From the NCBI GenBank assembly GCA_023443725.1, contig JAEZTF010000010.1, positions 29,948-93,947 on the forward strand: a stretch of 64,000 nucleotides of DNA, in the 5' to 3' direction. The DNA comes from Candidatus Parcubacteria bacterium (lineage in GTDB: Bacteria; Patescibacteriota; Microgenomatia; UBA12405). Every line of letters starts with the position of its first letter. Position 1 is the stretch's first letter. Below are positions 46,077-56,492 of the stretch, piece by piece. Both the position numbers and the translations under genes were made by a program. The notes beneath the pieces were generated by a model, which had not been told where the DNA came from, made no database searches, and saw nothing but the letters and a program-made list of their open reading frames with translations.

Positions 46077-47210
46077 TTAGTTTTTAACTAATAATTTCTT
46101 ATAGACGGTAAATGTTTGTTGAGCAGTTTTGGTCCAAGAATATTTTTTGACTTGAAGATAACCTAATTTTATTAATTGGTTTCGTAATTCTTTTGATTTA
46201 TATAATTTATCGATTTGTTCAACCAAATCATTGGTATTATTAGGATCAAAATAAAGGACTGAGTCTTGATAAATTTCTGGAAGACAACTATTGTTTGAAG
46301 AAATTACAGGGCAACCAAGCGCCATAGCTTCTAATCCTGTTAAACTGAAACCCTCCATAAAAGATGGGTGGACTAAGGCTAAAGCTTGGCTATAAATTTC
46401 TCGAAATTGTTCGTCAGGAATGTAACCTAAAAATTCAACTCGTTTATTAAGGTGATATTTTTTAATCAAAACTTCAAGTCTTTCGGTAAAATAATTACGA
46501 GCACAAATAATTTTTAATTTTAAATAAGGTAATTTAGTTAAAGCTTCAATTAATATTGAAGGATTTTTGTGAGGGTAAAGATTGCCTGTATATATAATAT
46601 AAGGATTTTTTGAATTATATTTGATTTTTGATTGGCTTAATTGATTAATCTTGATTAAAAAATTTGGATCAACTGCTTCATGAGTAGTGGTTACTTTCTG
46701 AGGATCAAGATGAAACTTGTCAATTAAATAATCACGCCAAAAATCACTAGGAACAATAATAGAACTGGTTTTGATGGCAATATGAGTGGTAATGAGATAG
46801 AAAAAATGTTTGATCCAATAAATACTGGCATTTTTAGTAGTGTTGAGACGACCTTTAAAAAAATGTTTGATTAAATCATGAATAGTAACAATTGATTTAC
46901 CAAAATAAAAAATTGGTTTATTGAAATGAGTGAAATGAACTAAATCTGGATGAAGTTTTTTTATTAAGAAAGGTAAGAATATCTGTTCTTTAATAGAATA
47001 ATGTTTAATATTGGTGGTAACATATGCAAAATTATTACCTAAATCTTTCTTAATCTCAGTTTCTAGGTCGGGATAAATTATCAAAGTATATTGAAACTGA
47101 GAAAAACCAGGTTGGCCAACTAAAGCCTTAAGTAAATTTTTAGTATATCGACCGATACCAGTATGTTTAGGACCGTAAAGTCTGGCATCAATAACTATAT
47201 GTTGTTTCAT
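46077..47210 (-). CDS. Glycosyltransferase family 4
   Basis: TGIGRYTKNL N-terminus and MEGFSLTGLEAMALGCPVI. Confidence 0.8.
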   Translation of the reverse strand: MKQHIVIDARLYGPKHTGIGRYTKNLLKALVGQPGFSQFQYTLIIYPDLETEIKKDLGNNFAYVTTNIKHYSIKEQIFLPFLIKKLHPDLVHFTHFNKPIFYFGKSIVTIHDLIKHFFKGRLNTTKNASIYWIKHFFYLITTHIAIKTSSIIVPSDFWRDYLIDKFHLDPQKVTTTHEAVDPNFLIKINQLSQSKIKYNSKNPYIIYTGNLYPHKNPSILIEALTKLPYLKLKIICARNYFTERLEVLIKKYHLNKRVEFLGYIPDEQFREIYSQALALVHPSFMEGFSLTGLEAMALGCPVISSNNSCLPEIYQDSVLYFDPNNTNDLVEQIDKLYKSKELRNQLIKLGYLQVKKYSWTKTAQQTFTVYKKLLVKN

Positions 47211-48130
47211 AAGTATTTAGCTTTGGTGGTGCGTTTTAATTCTAATAATCTAATCCCCCACATAACTAATTTTTGAATTGGTTTGGGATATTTTTTGATC
47301 AAATTTTTTTCGTAAAAGATTCTCATAGCATTGACGCTAGCTTGAGCTACTTTAACTTTTGTTTCTCGTGAAGCTTTTGACAGATGTTGACTTTTACTAA
47401 CTAAACCAGAAGAAACACCCTGGTAATGGGTAATCTTACAAGTAGGATTAAAAAATAGCTTAAATCCCTGTTTTTTAATTTGATAACAAAAATCCAGATC
47501 TTCACCATAAAAGAAATAATCTTCATTCCACCAACCAATTTTTTGACCAACTGAATATTTAACCATTAAAAAAGCACCAACACAGGCTTCAATTTGATGA
47601 ATTTTTGAGGTATCTAAATGGCCTAAAAAATATCCAGCAAAGAGACGTGATTTGGGAAATAATTTAGTTAGACCAGAAAAATAACAAAAAGCTCGCCAAG
47701 GAGTAGGAAATCCACGATGACATTCTGGTTGCATTTTGCCAGTTAGAGCTAAAGTTATATAGCAAGTAGCAGCATCGACCTTTTTATCTTGATCAAAGAA
47801 CTCAATCATATTTTTGAGAGTACTCGGATCAACAATAGTATCAGGGTTCAAAAACAAAACATATCTTGTTTTTGAATTGATTTTTTTAACACCTTGGTTG
47901 TTACCATGAGCAAAACCTTTATTATCAGTAAGAAGTAAATATTTGGTAGAAATTTTTTGATTATTTTCAACTAAATTTTTGGCTAATTGAATACTATTAT
48001 CAGTGGAATTGTTATCGACGATAATAACTTCAATTTTATAATCTCCTAATTTTGATTTATAAATACTTGCAAGACATTTTTGAAGATAATCTTGAGAATT
48101 ATAATTTAAAATAACAATTGAAAGATCCAT
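47207..48130 (-). CDS. Glycosyltransferase family 2 (rhamnosyltransferase-like)
   Basis: LSIVILNYNS...VDNNSTDNS...NPDT...GAFLMVK...YGEDLDFC. Confidence 0.85.
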   Translation of the reverse strand: MDLSIVILNYNSQDYLQKCLASIYKSKLGDYKIEVIIVDNNSTDNSIQLAKNLVENNQKISTKYLLLTDNKGFAHGNNQGVKKINSKTRYVLFLNPDTIVDPSTLKNMIEFFDQDKKVDAATCYITLALTGKMQPECHRGFPTPWRAFCYFSGLTKLFPKSRLFAGYFLGHLDTSKIHQIEACVGAFLMVKYSVGQKIGWWNEDYFFYGEDLDFCYQIKKQGFKLFFNPTCKITHYQGVSSGLVSKSQHLSKASRETKVKVAQASVNAMRIFYEKNLIKKYPKPIQKLVMWGIRLLELKRTTKAKYL

Positions 48131-48131
48131 A

Positions 48132-49346
48132 TTATTTGTTAGTAATTTTTTTATAAATTTGATTTAAGCCCTTAACACTATTTTGATATGAATATTTTTG
48201 ACTAATGAGAATATTGGCCTGATCACCCATTTCAATTCTTTTTTTGTCATTTTTTAATAGATCAATAGTATGTTTACCAACATCTTCATATTTACAAATT
48301 ATTGATTGTTTAAAATTTTCAATTTTAATACCACCCATACCTTCTGGAGTGGTCACTATAGGTAAACGGCAAGCCATGGCTTCCAAAAATTTATTACGAC
48401 TACCACCGCCACTACCCATAGGAGCTAAAAGGACCCAACAATGTTGATAATAATACATTGGATCATGTGGTTGACCGTCAAAATCTGCTTCTTCAACTAT
48501 TACTGAAGAAGATCGATAGTGGCCATAATAATCAGGAGCTAAACGACCAATAATATAAAGTTTACAATCTGGTATAGCTTTCTTAATTTCTGGCCAGGAA
48601 TCCTTCATAATCATTTCGACAGATTCTCGATTTTGCATCCATTTCATATTGGAAACACCAAAAAGAACCGAAGGTGAGGAACTTTTTTTAGTCTTTGGTT
48701 TAGATTCAAAATATTTACTATCGACGCCATTATCAAAAAGTTTGATATCATTACGGCCGGTAATTTTGGCAATTACTTTTTGATCCTCTTCTCCAAAAGC
48801 AACTACAGTATTGGTGTTTTTCCAATAATAAGTTTCCCAATATTTTAATTTTTTAACATCTAACCAAAGTAATGGATAAATTAATTTTCTCCAACCTTTT
48901 ACGGTTTCAATATAGTGTTGGTAGACAGCAAATTCGATAGTTTGATCAACTAGAACAATCGGAATACTAGTTTCGGGAATGTTGGGCATTAAATAAAAAC
49001 ATTCACAATGAATTAAATCATATTTATCTTTGGCTAATTCTTGACTGATAGTATTTTTTAAATCACTACTAATATAATTGGCAACTAAAAATGGGTAAGT
49101 ACTAAAACCGGTAAAAAGAACTTTCTTTAAATCCCATGTTTTACCTCGTTTAACCACAATAACTTTTTTACAAAAAGATTTTATTTCGTCTAAACCTTCT
49201 TCGTCTCGACTGAAACAGATTAGAGTAATATCATTTTCGTTAGCAAGATATTTGATGGAATAATAGGAACTATTTTGACCACCTGATTGAGCTCTTCTAG
49301 GAAGATAAGGTGTAATCATTAATATTTTTCGTTTATTTTTGATCAT
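48132..49346 (-). CDS. Glycosyltransferase family 4
   Basis: GT-B pattern. GGGSRNKFLEAMACRLPIV. Confidence 0.75.
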   Translation of the reverse strand: MIKNKRKILMITPYLPRRAQSGGQNSSYYSIKYLANENDITLICFSRDEEGLDEIKSFCKKVIVVKRGKTWDLKKVLFTGFSTYPFLVANYISSDLKNTISQELAKDKYDLIHCECFYLMPNIPETSIPIVLVDQTIEFAVYQHYIETVKGWRKLIYPLLWLDVKKLKYWETYYWKNTNTVVAFGEEDQKVIAKITGRNDIKLFDNGVDSKYFESKPKTKKSSSPSVLFGVSNMKWMQNRESVEMIMKDSWPEIKKAIPDCKLYIIGRLAPDYYGHYRSSSVIVEEADFDGQPHDPMYYYQHCWVLLAPMGSGGGSRNKFLEAMACRLPIVTTPEGMGGIKIENFKQSIICKYEDVGKHTIDLLKNDKKRIEMGDQANILISQKYSYQNSVKGLNQIYKKITNK

Positions 49347-50739
49347 GGAATTGAGTGATTAATTGATAATAAAGGCCCATCATAATCCAAAAAAGATAAG
49401 CCGTTTTAGAAGCTTCAAAAACATCTATAAAGATAGCATTGGCAAGTGTAGCAGCTAAACCACCAAAAAGAATAATAGCCATTTTTTGCTCATCAGTTTT
49501 ATTTTTTTTGAAACCAAACAAGAAAGTTTCTTTAACAAAAAAAATGATAACAGTGGAAAAAGTAATAAAACCCAAAACTCCACTTTCACCTAAATTTCTT
49601 AAGTAGTCGTTATCTGTAGCCAAAGTAATAGAACCTAAGCCTGTTCCAGTAATTGGATTTTTCTTAAAAGCATTAATAGCTCTAGGCCATTCAACATTAA
49701 AGCGGATTTCTCCTGATCGAGCGACTCCAACATCAGTATCAACTTGAGGGTAGTTTTCTGTCTCTTGGTGGCGAACAATGGTTGGAGTAGGGGTAGTAGA
49801 TTTTGTACCAGTAGGTTTTGTAGAAACAACAGTAGTGGGAATTGGAGTTAGGGTTGGAGTAGGATTATTAGTATTGTTGCTAGTAGATATAAATTGGTTT
49901 TTAAGAGCAGGAATGGTAGCCAATAGTCGTTGATTTAAATCTTTTGAACTGAACATACTAAATATGACTAAAAGAGAAATAGGAACGATCCATAAATATT
50001 TTCTTAATAAAATAAGTGATAAAGAAATTCCTCCCCAAAAGGCAAAAATAGAAACACGAGAAGCAGTTAATGTAAGAATATTGAAGCTAGCGATCCAGAT
50101 TATTAAACTAGTAATTTTAATTAATTTATTTTTACTAATAATGACAGCAGCCCCAATAATGATTAAAACTACACTCATAAAAGCGGCTAGATCATAATGT
50201 CCAGCGAAAGTAGAACTAATTCTGGTCCAAGTATTCATTTGCAAAAGTTGTCCTTTGGAAAACTCTGAATTCATAGTAGAAATTACAGGAAATTTGAAAT
50301 ATTTTTGACCATATCCATAGACACAAACAAAAAAGGTGGCAATCAAAAGAAAAATATAGAAAACTTTTGTATCTTTTATATTTTTGATAGCAGGTAAGGT
50401 AACAAAGAAAAGCGACATATATTCAAATCGACGAAATAAATTTAACACTAGAATATTAGTCAAATCAGTTTGGTAAACAAAAAAAGCAGTAACAAAACTG
50501 GCAATAATAGCTATAAAGTAGGCAATAAATAAAAGACTTATTTTAGTTTTAAATACTGGGAATTTATTTTTAATTTGATAGATAATCCAACTCAAAACTG
50601 CTAAACCAATGACTATATCGTCAAGTCTAATGGCAACATAAGTATCACTGACATTAAATAAAGGGAATTTAGGATATAAAGGGACAAACAAAATTAATAT
50701 AGCCAAAATGGATTTAAAAATATTTATATTTTTGAACAT
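49333..50739 (-). CDS. Wzy/O-antigen-ligase-like polytopic membrane protein with a Thr/Pro-rich loop
   Basis: Many TM helices, TASRVSIF loop motif and a TP-rich loop (NPTPTLTPIPTT...TTPTPT). Confidence 0.5.
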   Translation of the reverse strand: MFKNINIFKSILAILILFVPLYPKFPLFNVSDTYVAIRLDDIVIGLAVLSWIIYQIKNKFPVFKTKISLLFIAYFIAIIASFVTAFFVYQTDLTNILVLNLFRRFEYMSLFFVTLPAIKNIKDTKVFYIFLLIATFFVCVYGYGQKYFKFPVISTMNSEFSKGQLLQMNTWTRISSTFAGHYDLAAFMSVVLIIIGAAVIISKNKLIKITSLIIWIASFNILTLTASRVSIFAFWGGISLSLILLRKYLWIVPISLLVIFSMFSSKDLNQRLLATIPALKNQFISTSNNTNNPTPTLTPIPTTVVSTKPTGTKSTTPTPTIVRHQETENYPQVDTDVGVARSGEIRFNVEWPRAINAFKKNPITGTGLGSITLATDNDYLRNLGESGVLGFITFSTVIIFFVKETFLFGFKKNKTDEQKMAIILFGGLAATLANAIFIDVFEASKTAYLFWIMMGLYYQLITQFHDQK

Positions 50740-51629
50740 GCTTGTAGATAAATTGGTGATAAATGAATGATAGCGCGAATTAGAGCATTTATTTTTAAAA
50801 GCAATTTAACCAGAGGATATTGCCATTTTGGTTTGTGTTTTTTAAAAAAAGAAATAATGCCTCGATATTCATTCAGAATTGGATCAAGACGACTTGTAGC
50901 AGAAGCTCCACCTAAATGAATTATTTGTGGACCAATAAGGTACCAAACTTGATTATTGGTGGTATTTTTTCGAATCCGATAACAAAGTTCAACTTCTTCA
51001 CCGTACATAAAATAGCTTTCATCAAAACCACCGACTTTATCAAATAAATTTTTACGGGTAAGTAAAAATGCTCCGGTTACCCAGTCTTGGCGATGATCAG
51101 AAAGGTAAAATTTGTCTTTAGTATAAAATGTCGGAGTATGCGGGTGAATTGGTTTGATAATTTTATTAATTAAGGGAAGATCGTCAAGACTAAGACACCA
51201 AGTTAAAACATTAGCTAAATTGGGGAAAAATCCTCCACTGGCTTGAATAGTCTTGTCTTTGTTTAAAAGTTGAGCAGTACAAATAGAACTTTCTGGATGA
51301 GAACAAAGCCAGTCGAGACTTTGACTGATGGCAGAATGAAGAATTATAGTGTCAGAATTGAGTAAAAGAACATAGTTGCCTTTGGCTATTTTGACACCCT
51401 GATTATTGGCTTTACCAAAACCAGTATTGTCTTTGTTTTCAATTAGCGTAATTTTGTCTTTTAATTTTTTTAATTCTTGAACACTTTCATCATGAGAATT
51501 ATTGTCGATGACGATAATTTCAAAGGGAATCTCTTTTAGGCCTTTATCTAGAAAAATTGATTTAATGCAATCTAAAGTTAATTTAGCGGTATTGTAGGAA
51601 ATTATGATAATAGAAAGAATAGGTTTCAT
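50724..51629 (-). CDS. Glycosyltransferase family 2 (rhamnosyltransferase-like)
   Basis: LSIIIISYNT...IDNNSHDES...NSDT...GAFLLTRK...YGEEVELC. Confidence 0.85.
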   Translation of the reverse strand: MKPILSIIIISYNTAKLTLDCIKSIFLDKGLKEIPFEIIVIDNNSHDESVQELKKLKDKITLIENKDNTGFGKANNQGVKIAKGNYVLLLNSDTIILHSAISQSLDWLCSHPESSICTAQLLNKDKTIQASGGFFPNLANVLTWCLSLDDLPLINKIIKPIHPHTPTFYTKDKFYLSDHRQDWVTGAFLLTRKNLFDKVGGFDESYFMYGEEVELCYRIRKNTTNNQVWYLIGPQIIHLGGASATSRLDPILNEYRGIISFFKKHKPKWQYPLVKLLLKINALIRAIIHLSPIYLQACSKI

Positions 51630-52162
51630 TTTTTGTAGCCAGATTTAATTAAATAAAAAATAGCCACTATAGAAAGTTCAGTAAAAAAGAAAGAAATTAA
51701 GCGACGAGGAATGTTGGTAGGAAAAGTGCGAATAGTGATTTTACTTTTATATTCTTTATTTTGAAAAACCAATTTGTTTTTGGCTCGTTTTTCTGGTTTG
51801 GTAAAGACATCATTTTCCCACTCAAAACCATTAATATATAAAGACTCTTTGAAAGGAAGGATAAATTCTTCAAAATAATAACTAGGAATGGTATTGACAA
51901 TAATTTCTTTGGCTTTTTCGGGAGGATGATTGAGATTAATCATAAATAATCCATAGTAATTTGATTTGTAAAATTTCATGACTTCAGTTCTAGTCATATT
52001 GGTAAAATAAGCCGAAACATTGGGTATTTGAACTGTATCGCCTGGTAAGTCTGACTTAACACTATTGACCAAATCGGGTAATTTTGGAGTAGGTGTAATC
52101 AAGTAAATAACGGCAAATATATTGAAAATGATAAAGATAGTAATAAATATTTTTTTTATCAT
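51626..52162 (-). CDS. Hypothetical bitopic membrane protein
   Basis: TM helices at both the N- and C-termini. No motif recognised. Confidence 0.5.
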   Translation of the reverse strand: MIKKIFITIFIIFNIFAVIYLITPTPKLPDLVNSVKSDLPGDTVQIPNVSAYFTNMTRTEVMKFYKSNYYGLFMINLNHPPEKAKEIIVNTIPSYYFEEFILPFKESLYINGFEWENDVFTKPEKRAKNKLVFQNKEYKSKITIRTFPTNIPRRLISFFFTELSIVAIFYLIKSGYKK

Positions 52163-52755
52163 TATTGAAAGAGCATGGAACGACCAAGACGATAATTGGG
52201 ATTGTCAATTTTGCGATCGGAGATTTTTTTAGCTGGTACTCCACCCCAAATTTCAAATTCAGGAATATCTTTAGTGACAATAGCTCCGGCGGCAACAACG
52301 GCACCTTTACCTATTTTAATGTTGGGTAAAATTATGGCCCTTGGGCCAATAAAAACATAATCTCCGATTTCAACTGGTCCAAAAGAATTACCATAATCTG
52401 GTGAATTGATATCATGTTCATCGTTATAAATTAAAACTTGACTAGCAATGCCAACATGGTTGCCAATTTTAAGAGGGGCGCGACCATCCATAAAACAATG
52501 ATCTCCAATAATAGTGTCGTGACCAATAGTGATATTTGATGGTTTAAAAAAATTAGCTCCAATATGAATAGTAGAATCGAACGGCATATCAATACCAGAA
52601 GCTAAATAAAATATTTTTCTAACAAAATGAAGTGGAATAAAACCAACAAATCTTAAGATCATTAACCAAAATTCCAAACAAATAGTTTGAATTCGAATAA
52701 TGATTTTTTGAAAAATATCTTTTTGAGTTAAATCTTTACCTACGCGATCTTTCAT
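52162..52755 (-). CDS. Left-handed beta-helix (hexapeptide-repeat) O-acetyltransferase
   Basis: Hexapeptide repeats IGDHCFM.., IGNHVGI.., IGDYVFIGPRAIILPNIKIGKGAVVAAGAIV. Confidence 0.85.
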   Translation of the reverse strand: MKDRVGKDLTQKDIFQKIIIRIQTICLEFWLMILRFVGFIPLHFVRKIFYLASGIDMPFDSTIHIGANFFKPSNITIGHDTIIGDHCFMDGRAPLKIGNHVGIASQVLIYNDEHDINSPDYGNSFGPVEIGDYVFIGPRAIILPNIKIGKGAVVAAGAIVTKDIPEFEIWGGVPAKKISDRKIDNPNYRLGRSMLFQ

Positions 52756-52758
52756 ACT

Positions 52759-53910
52759 TCATTTTACTAAATTTTTATCAAAAACATTCATTATTGATTT
52801 GGCGGTGTTTTCCCAACTAAATTTGTCGGCTTGTTGTTTGCCAATTAATGAATATTTTTGCCTAACTTTGGGCTGTAAAATCTCAACCATTCTTTCAACC
52901 AGATCTGATTCTTTATTAGGGTCGATAAACAAACCACATTCAGCAACTACTTCTTTAAATGGAGGTATATGGGAAACTATTACCGGGGTGCCAATTTTCA
53001 TAGATTCAATAGCAGGAATACCAAAACCTTCATAAGTACTTGGTAAAATTGAAGCTATAGCATTTTGATAAAGAGTCCATTTTTGATCGTTATCAACAAA
53101 ATCTGTAAAAATCACCTTATCTTCTATCCTCTCTTTTTTGACAGTTTGAAAAATTTCTTCGAATAACCAACCTTTTTTACCAGCAATAACGAGTTTAGGA
53201 ATCAATCTTCCCCCATCCCCTTCTTTGACAAGACGGGGGGTAATATTATTTTGTTTTAAATATTTTGAATAAGATCGAATTAAAAAAGGAATGTTTTTGT
53301 TGGGTTTGAGAGTACCGAGGTATAGAAAGTAACTATTAGCTTTTAGTGAGTAGTTAGACAAAATTTTTTGTTGAGTTGTTTGATCAATTTTTGGTGGAGT
53401 GTCGACACCGTTGTAAGCAATACTAATTTTTTGTGGGTCAATAGAATAAGTTTTGATGATTTCGTCTTTGGAAAATTGGGAAACAGTACAGATATGTTTG
53501 GATTTTTTAATTGATTGAATAGTCCAATTTATGAGTTGATATAAATCTTTTTTGGTAAATTGGGATTGATATTTAAGATAACCGAGATCATGAATAGTAG
53601 GAATAGTAGGACAAGGACAAATAATTGGTGAATAATGACTAGGAGAAAAGAATAAATCTAATTTTTCAGTTTGAAAAAAAAGATGTAATGGCAGAGAAAA
53701 ACGTGTCCATAATTTTTTAGGGCCAAAAACACGATATTGCCAATTGGCATTAGCGGAAGGTAAATCTGATGATGGTTGATCTTTAAGATAAATAATATAT
53801 TGATTATTTTTGTCTAATTGATGGAGTTTAATTAAAACATTGAAAGCATATTGACCAACGCCAACTTTATTAGAAACATTAGCTTCGTTACCATCGATTC
53901 CGATTAGCAT
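52759..53910 (-). CDS. Glycosyltransferase family 4 (carries hairpin module D1 in-frame)
   Basis: GVGQYAFNV N-terminus and YEGFGIPAIESMKIGTPVI. Confidence 0.8.
   Translation of the reverse strand: MLIGIDGNEANVSNKVGVGQYAFNVLIKLHQLDKNNQYIIYLKDQPSSDLPSANANWQYRVFGPKKLWTRFSLPLHLFFQTEKLDLFFSPSHYSPIICPCPTIPTIHDLGYLKYQSQFTKKDLYQLINWTIQSIKKSKHICTVSQFSKDEIIKTYSIDPQKISIAYNGVDTPPKIDQTTQQKILSNYSLKANSYFLYLGTLKPNKNIPFLIRSYSKYLKQNNITPRLVKEGDGGRLIPKLVIAGKKGWLFEEIFQTVKKERIEDKVIFTDFVDNDQKWTLYQNAIASILPSTYEGFGIPAIESMKIGTPVIVSHIPPFKEVVAECGLFIDPNKESDLVERMVEILQPKVRQKYSLIGKQQADKFSWENTAKSIMNVFDKNLVK
53201..53240. repeat. Hairpin module D1 (ATCAATCTTCCCCCATCCCCTTCTTTGACAAGACGGGGGG) inside a GT4 CDS
   Basis: About 33/37 identical to 56907..56944 in a different GT4 gene. 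Contains the CCCC-TTCTT-TGAC-AAGAC-GGGG stem-loop and encodes RLVKEGDGGRLI. Confidence 0.7.
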
Positions 53911-55043
53911 GAGAGAGAATTATAAATTTGTAAAGTTTGTTTAGCAGTTTTAAGCCAACTGTATTTTTGGGCTAAAACAATTCCATTTTGGGCCATTTTT
54001 TTTCTTAACTTTGGATATTTGATTATTTTCTCAATAGCTTTACTAATTTCCAATTCTGAAGTTGGATTAACTAAAATAGCAGCACCTTGAGCCACTTCTA
54101 CCAAAGAAGAAGTATCGCTAGTGATAACTGGAACACCGACTTTTAGAGATTTAACTATTGGTAATCCAAAACCCTCATACAAAGAAGGATAAGCTAAACA
54201 AAGTGCACTGGCATGAAGAGCAACCATATCTTTTTCTGGTATAAAACCAAGAATTCTTACACCAGGATGATTTGTGGCGACATCTTTTCCCCAACCATAT
54301 TTACCGGTGATAGCCAATTCGACTTTACTTCCAGGATTTCTTTTTTTAAAAGAGATAAAGGCATTGATTAATCTATCTAAATTTTTTCTTGGTTCACGTG
54401 TGCCTTGAGCTAGAATAAATTTAGTTAGGCCATATTGTTTTTGAATTTTTTCTTTTTGAAGAGATTGTTCAGATAGGGAAAGTTTTAAAAATTTGCCAAA
54501 TTTTTCTTCGGCTGATTCATATATAACAGTTGTTTTGGTACGGTCTATTTGAGGAAACAACTTAAATAAATCATTTTGAGTATTTTTGGAGACACAAATA
54601 AAATATTTACTTTTTTTAGCAGCCCAATACATTTTATTTTTATGAGCTTGAATAACTTTTGGATGATGCCATTGAGGATATAAAAATGGAGTAAGATCAT
54701 GAATAGTACAAATAGTTTTGGCTTTGAATGTTGGAGGTTGAGTCCAGTCTGAAGTATGAAAAATATCACATTTACCAATAAAAAGTTCTATTGGAAAAAG
54801 TCGAAGTTGGTTCCATAAAATTTGAAGAATAGTTGGAGGAATTTTTGACTGACAAATAGTGACATTAGAATGATACTTAGTTAGTAATTTAATTTCTTCT
54901 GGTAGGGGGAGTCTGAGAGATGAATAAAAAAGTTTATATTGATTGCTTTTGTCAACTTTAAGTAAATTCCTGACTAAATTTAAGGTGTAATTACTAACAC
55001 CAGTTTGATATCCAACTGAAGAGATATCTATTCCAATAATCAT
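53904..55043 (-). CDS. Glycosyltransferase family 4
   Basis: TGVSNYTLNL N-terminus and YEGFGLPIVKSLKVGVPVI. Confidence 0.8.
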   Translation of the reverse strand: MIIGIDISSVGYQTGVSNYTLNLVRNLLKVDKSNQYKLFYSSLRLPLPEEIKLLTKYHSNVTICQSKIPPTILQILWNQLRLFPIELFIGKCDIFHTSDWTQPPTFKAKTICTIHDLTPFLYPQWHHPKVIQAHKNKMYWAAKKSKYFICVSKNTQNDLFKLFPQIDRTKTTVIYESAEEKFGKFLKLSLSEQSLQKEKIQKQYGLTKFILAQGTREPRKNLDRLINAFISFKKRNPGSKVELAITGKYGWGKDVATNHPGVRILGFIPEKDMVALHASALCLAYPSLYEGFGLPIVKSLKVGVPVITSDTSSLVEVAQGAAILVNPTSELEISKAIEKIIKYPKLRKKMAQNGIVLAQKYSWLKTAKQTLQIYNSLSC

Positions 55044-56044
55044 ATTTTGATTGATTTTAACAGTTTTTGAAGTTGCTTTCTTTTGTTGATCATTTTGGGA
55101 AGTTTAATTAAGACTTGACTGTAAGTTTTAAGAATTGATATGGGTAAATAATAAATAGATTTTAATTTATACGATCTAATCGTAGTTTTGATTAAATAAG
55201 ATAAATTTCTTAATCTTTCTTCGGTAATTTTGGGTAAATTTTTTATTATCTCTTTTAGAGAATAATTTTTGATAATGACAAAAAACCAATTTTTGACATC
55301 CATACGGGCACGAAAATTACCCATTTGATTGCTAGTACCTCCACCAAGATGATAAGAAATAGCTTTTGGGATATATAAGGTTTTATAACCAAATTTGGTT
55401 AATCTTAAAGCTAAATCAACATCTTCTTCATAGGCAAAAAAATCTTGATCAAACATACCAATTTTTTGGATGATATTTTTTTGATAAACAACTAAAGCTG
55501 CAGAAGTACCCCATACTAGTTTATTAGTATTTAGCTTGTTAGCTTTTAGTAAAACAGATTTATGAAATAACTTACCATTGGAGATATTTTGACATTTACC
55601 AGAAATATAAAACTTTAAACCTTGAGATTCATATTTATCGCCTTCTTTATTTAAAACAGTTCCGAAAAAAGTAATAACTTTTTGATTTTTATTTTCTTTA
55701 ATGGCTTTTGTAATTAATTCAAACCAATCGGGATTGATAGTTAAATCGTTATTATATGGAACAACAAATTCATACTTGGCTTTTGAAATACCTAAATTTA
55801 TAGCTTTGGCAAAGCCAAGATTTTTAGGAGATGAAATAACTTTTGAAGTTAATTTGGTTGAACGATATTGGTTAAAAAAGTCTTTGATAATCTCAAGACT
55901 ATTGTCGGTTGAGTGGTTATCAATTATGATAATTTCAAAATTAGCCGAGGTAAATTTAATTGATTGATATAGAGAATAAAGACAGTCAAATAAAAAAATG
56001 GCACCGTTGTAGTTGGGGATAATAATAGAAAAATTATTGATCAT
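55040..56044 (-). CDS. Glycosyltransferase family 2
   Basis: FSIIIPNYNG...IDNHSTDNS...YEEDVDLALR. Confidence 0.85.
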   Translation of the reverse strand: MINNFSIIIPNYNGAIFLFDCLYSLYQSIKFTSANFEIIIIDNHSTDNSLEIIKDFFNQYRSTKLTSKVISSPKNLGFAKAINLGISKAKYEFVVPYNNDLTINPDWFELITKAIKENKNQKVITFFGTVLNKEGDKYESQGLKFYISGKCQNISNGKLFHKSVLLKANKLNTNKLVWGTSAALVVYQKNIIQKIGMFDQDFFAYEEDVDLALRLTKFGYKTLYIPKAISYHLGGGTSNQMGNFRARMDVKNWFFVIIKNYSLKEIIKNLPKITEERLRNLSYLIKTTIRSYKLKSIYYLPISILKTYSQVLIKLPKMINKRKQLQKLLKSIKI

Positions 56045-56492
56045 TTATTTTTGATAGATCGATGATATCGCCTGCTTTAAGGTTTATTTTTTTAGTTTCA
56101 TTTAGATTTAACTCAATGACATATTTAGCTGGTTGACTATTTTGAAGGATTTTAGTGGAGTTAGTTTCACTAACATTAATAATATCGGTAACCTTACCTT
56201 CTGAATTAAGCCAAATCATGTCTAAAGGAATGAACGTATCTTTCATCCAGAAAGGTAGAACTCCATTTTTGGAAAAAATAAAAATCATGCCACAGTTAGG
56301 ACAAAGGTTGGTTCGATTGGATAGACCAGCTGATTTTTGAGGAGTGGTTTTGGCGACTTCTAATTTGTAATCGATATTTTTAATTTTTAAATTGACAGTT
56401 TCAAACTTAGGTGGCGTTTTTTTGTAAAAGAAAAAAATAACAATTGGAATAGCGATGAGTATAATTAAAGTGATGGTAAGATTTTTTGACAT
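56034..56492 (-). CDS. DUF192 (COG1430-like) domain protein, membrane anchored
   Basis: SAGLSNRTNL...GMIFIF...FWMKDTFIPLDMIW pattern. Confidence 0.65.
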   Translation of the reverse strand: MSKNLTITLIILIAIPIVIFFFYKKTPPKFETVNLKIKNIDYKLEVAKTTPQKSAGLSNRTNLCPNCGMIFIFSKNGVLPFWMKDTFIPLDMIWLNSEGKVTDIINVSETNSTKILQNSQPAKYVIELNLNETKKINLKAGDIIDLSKINDQ

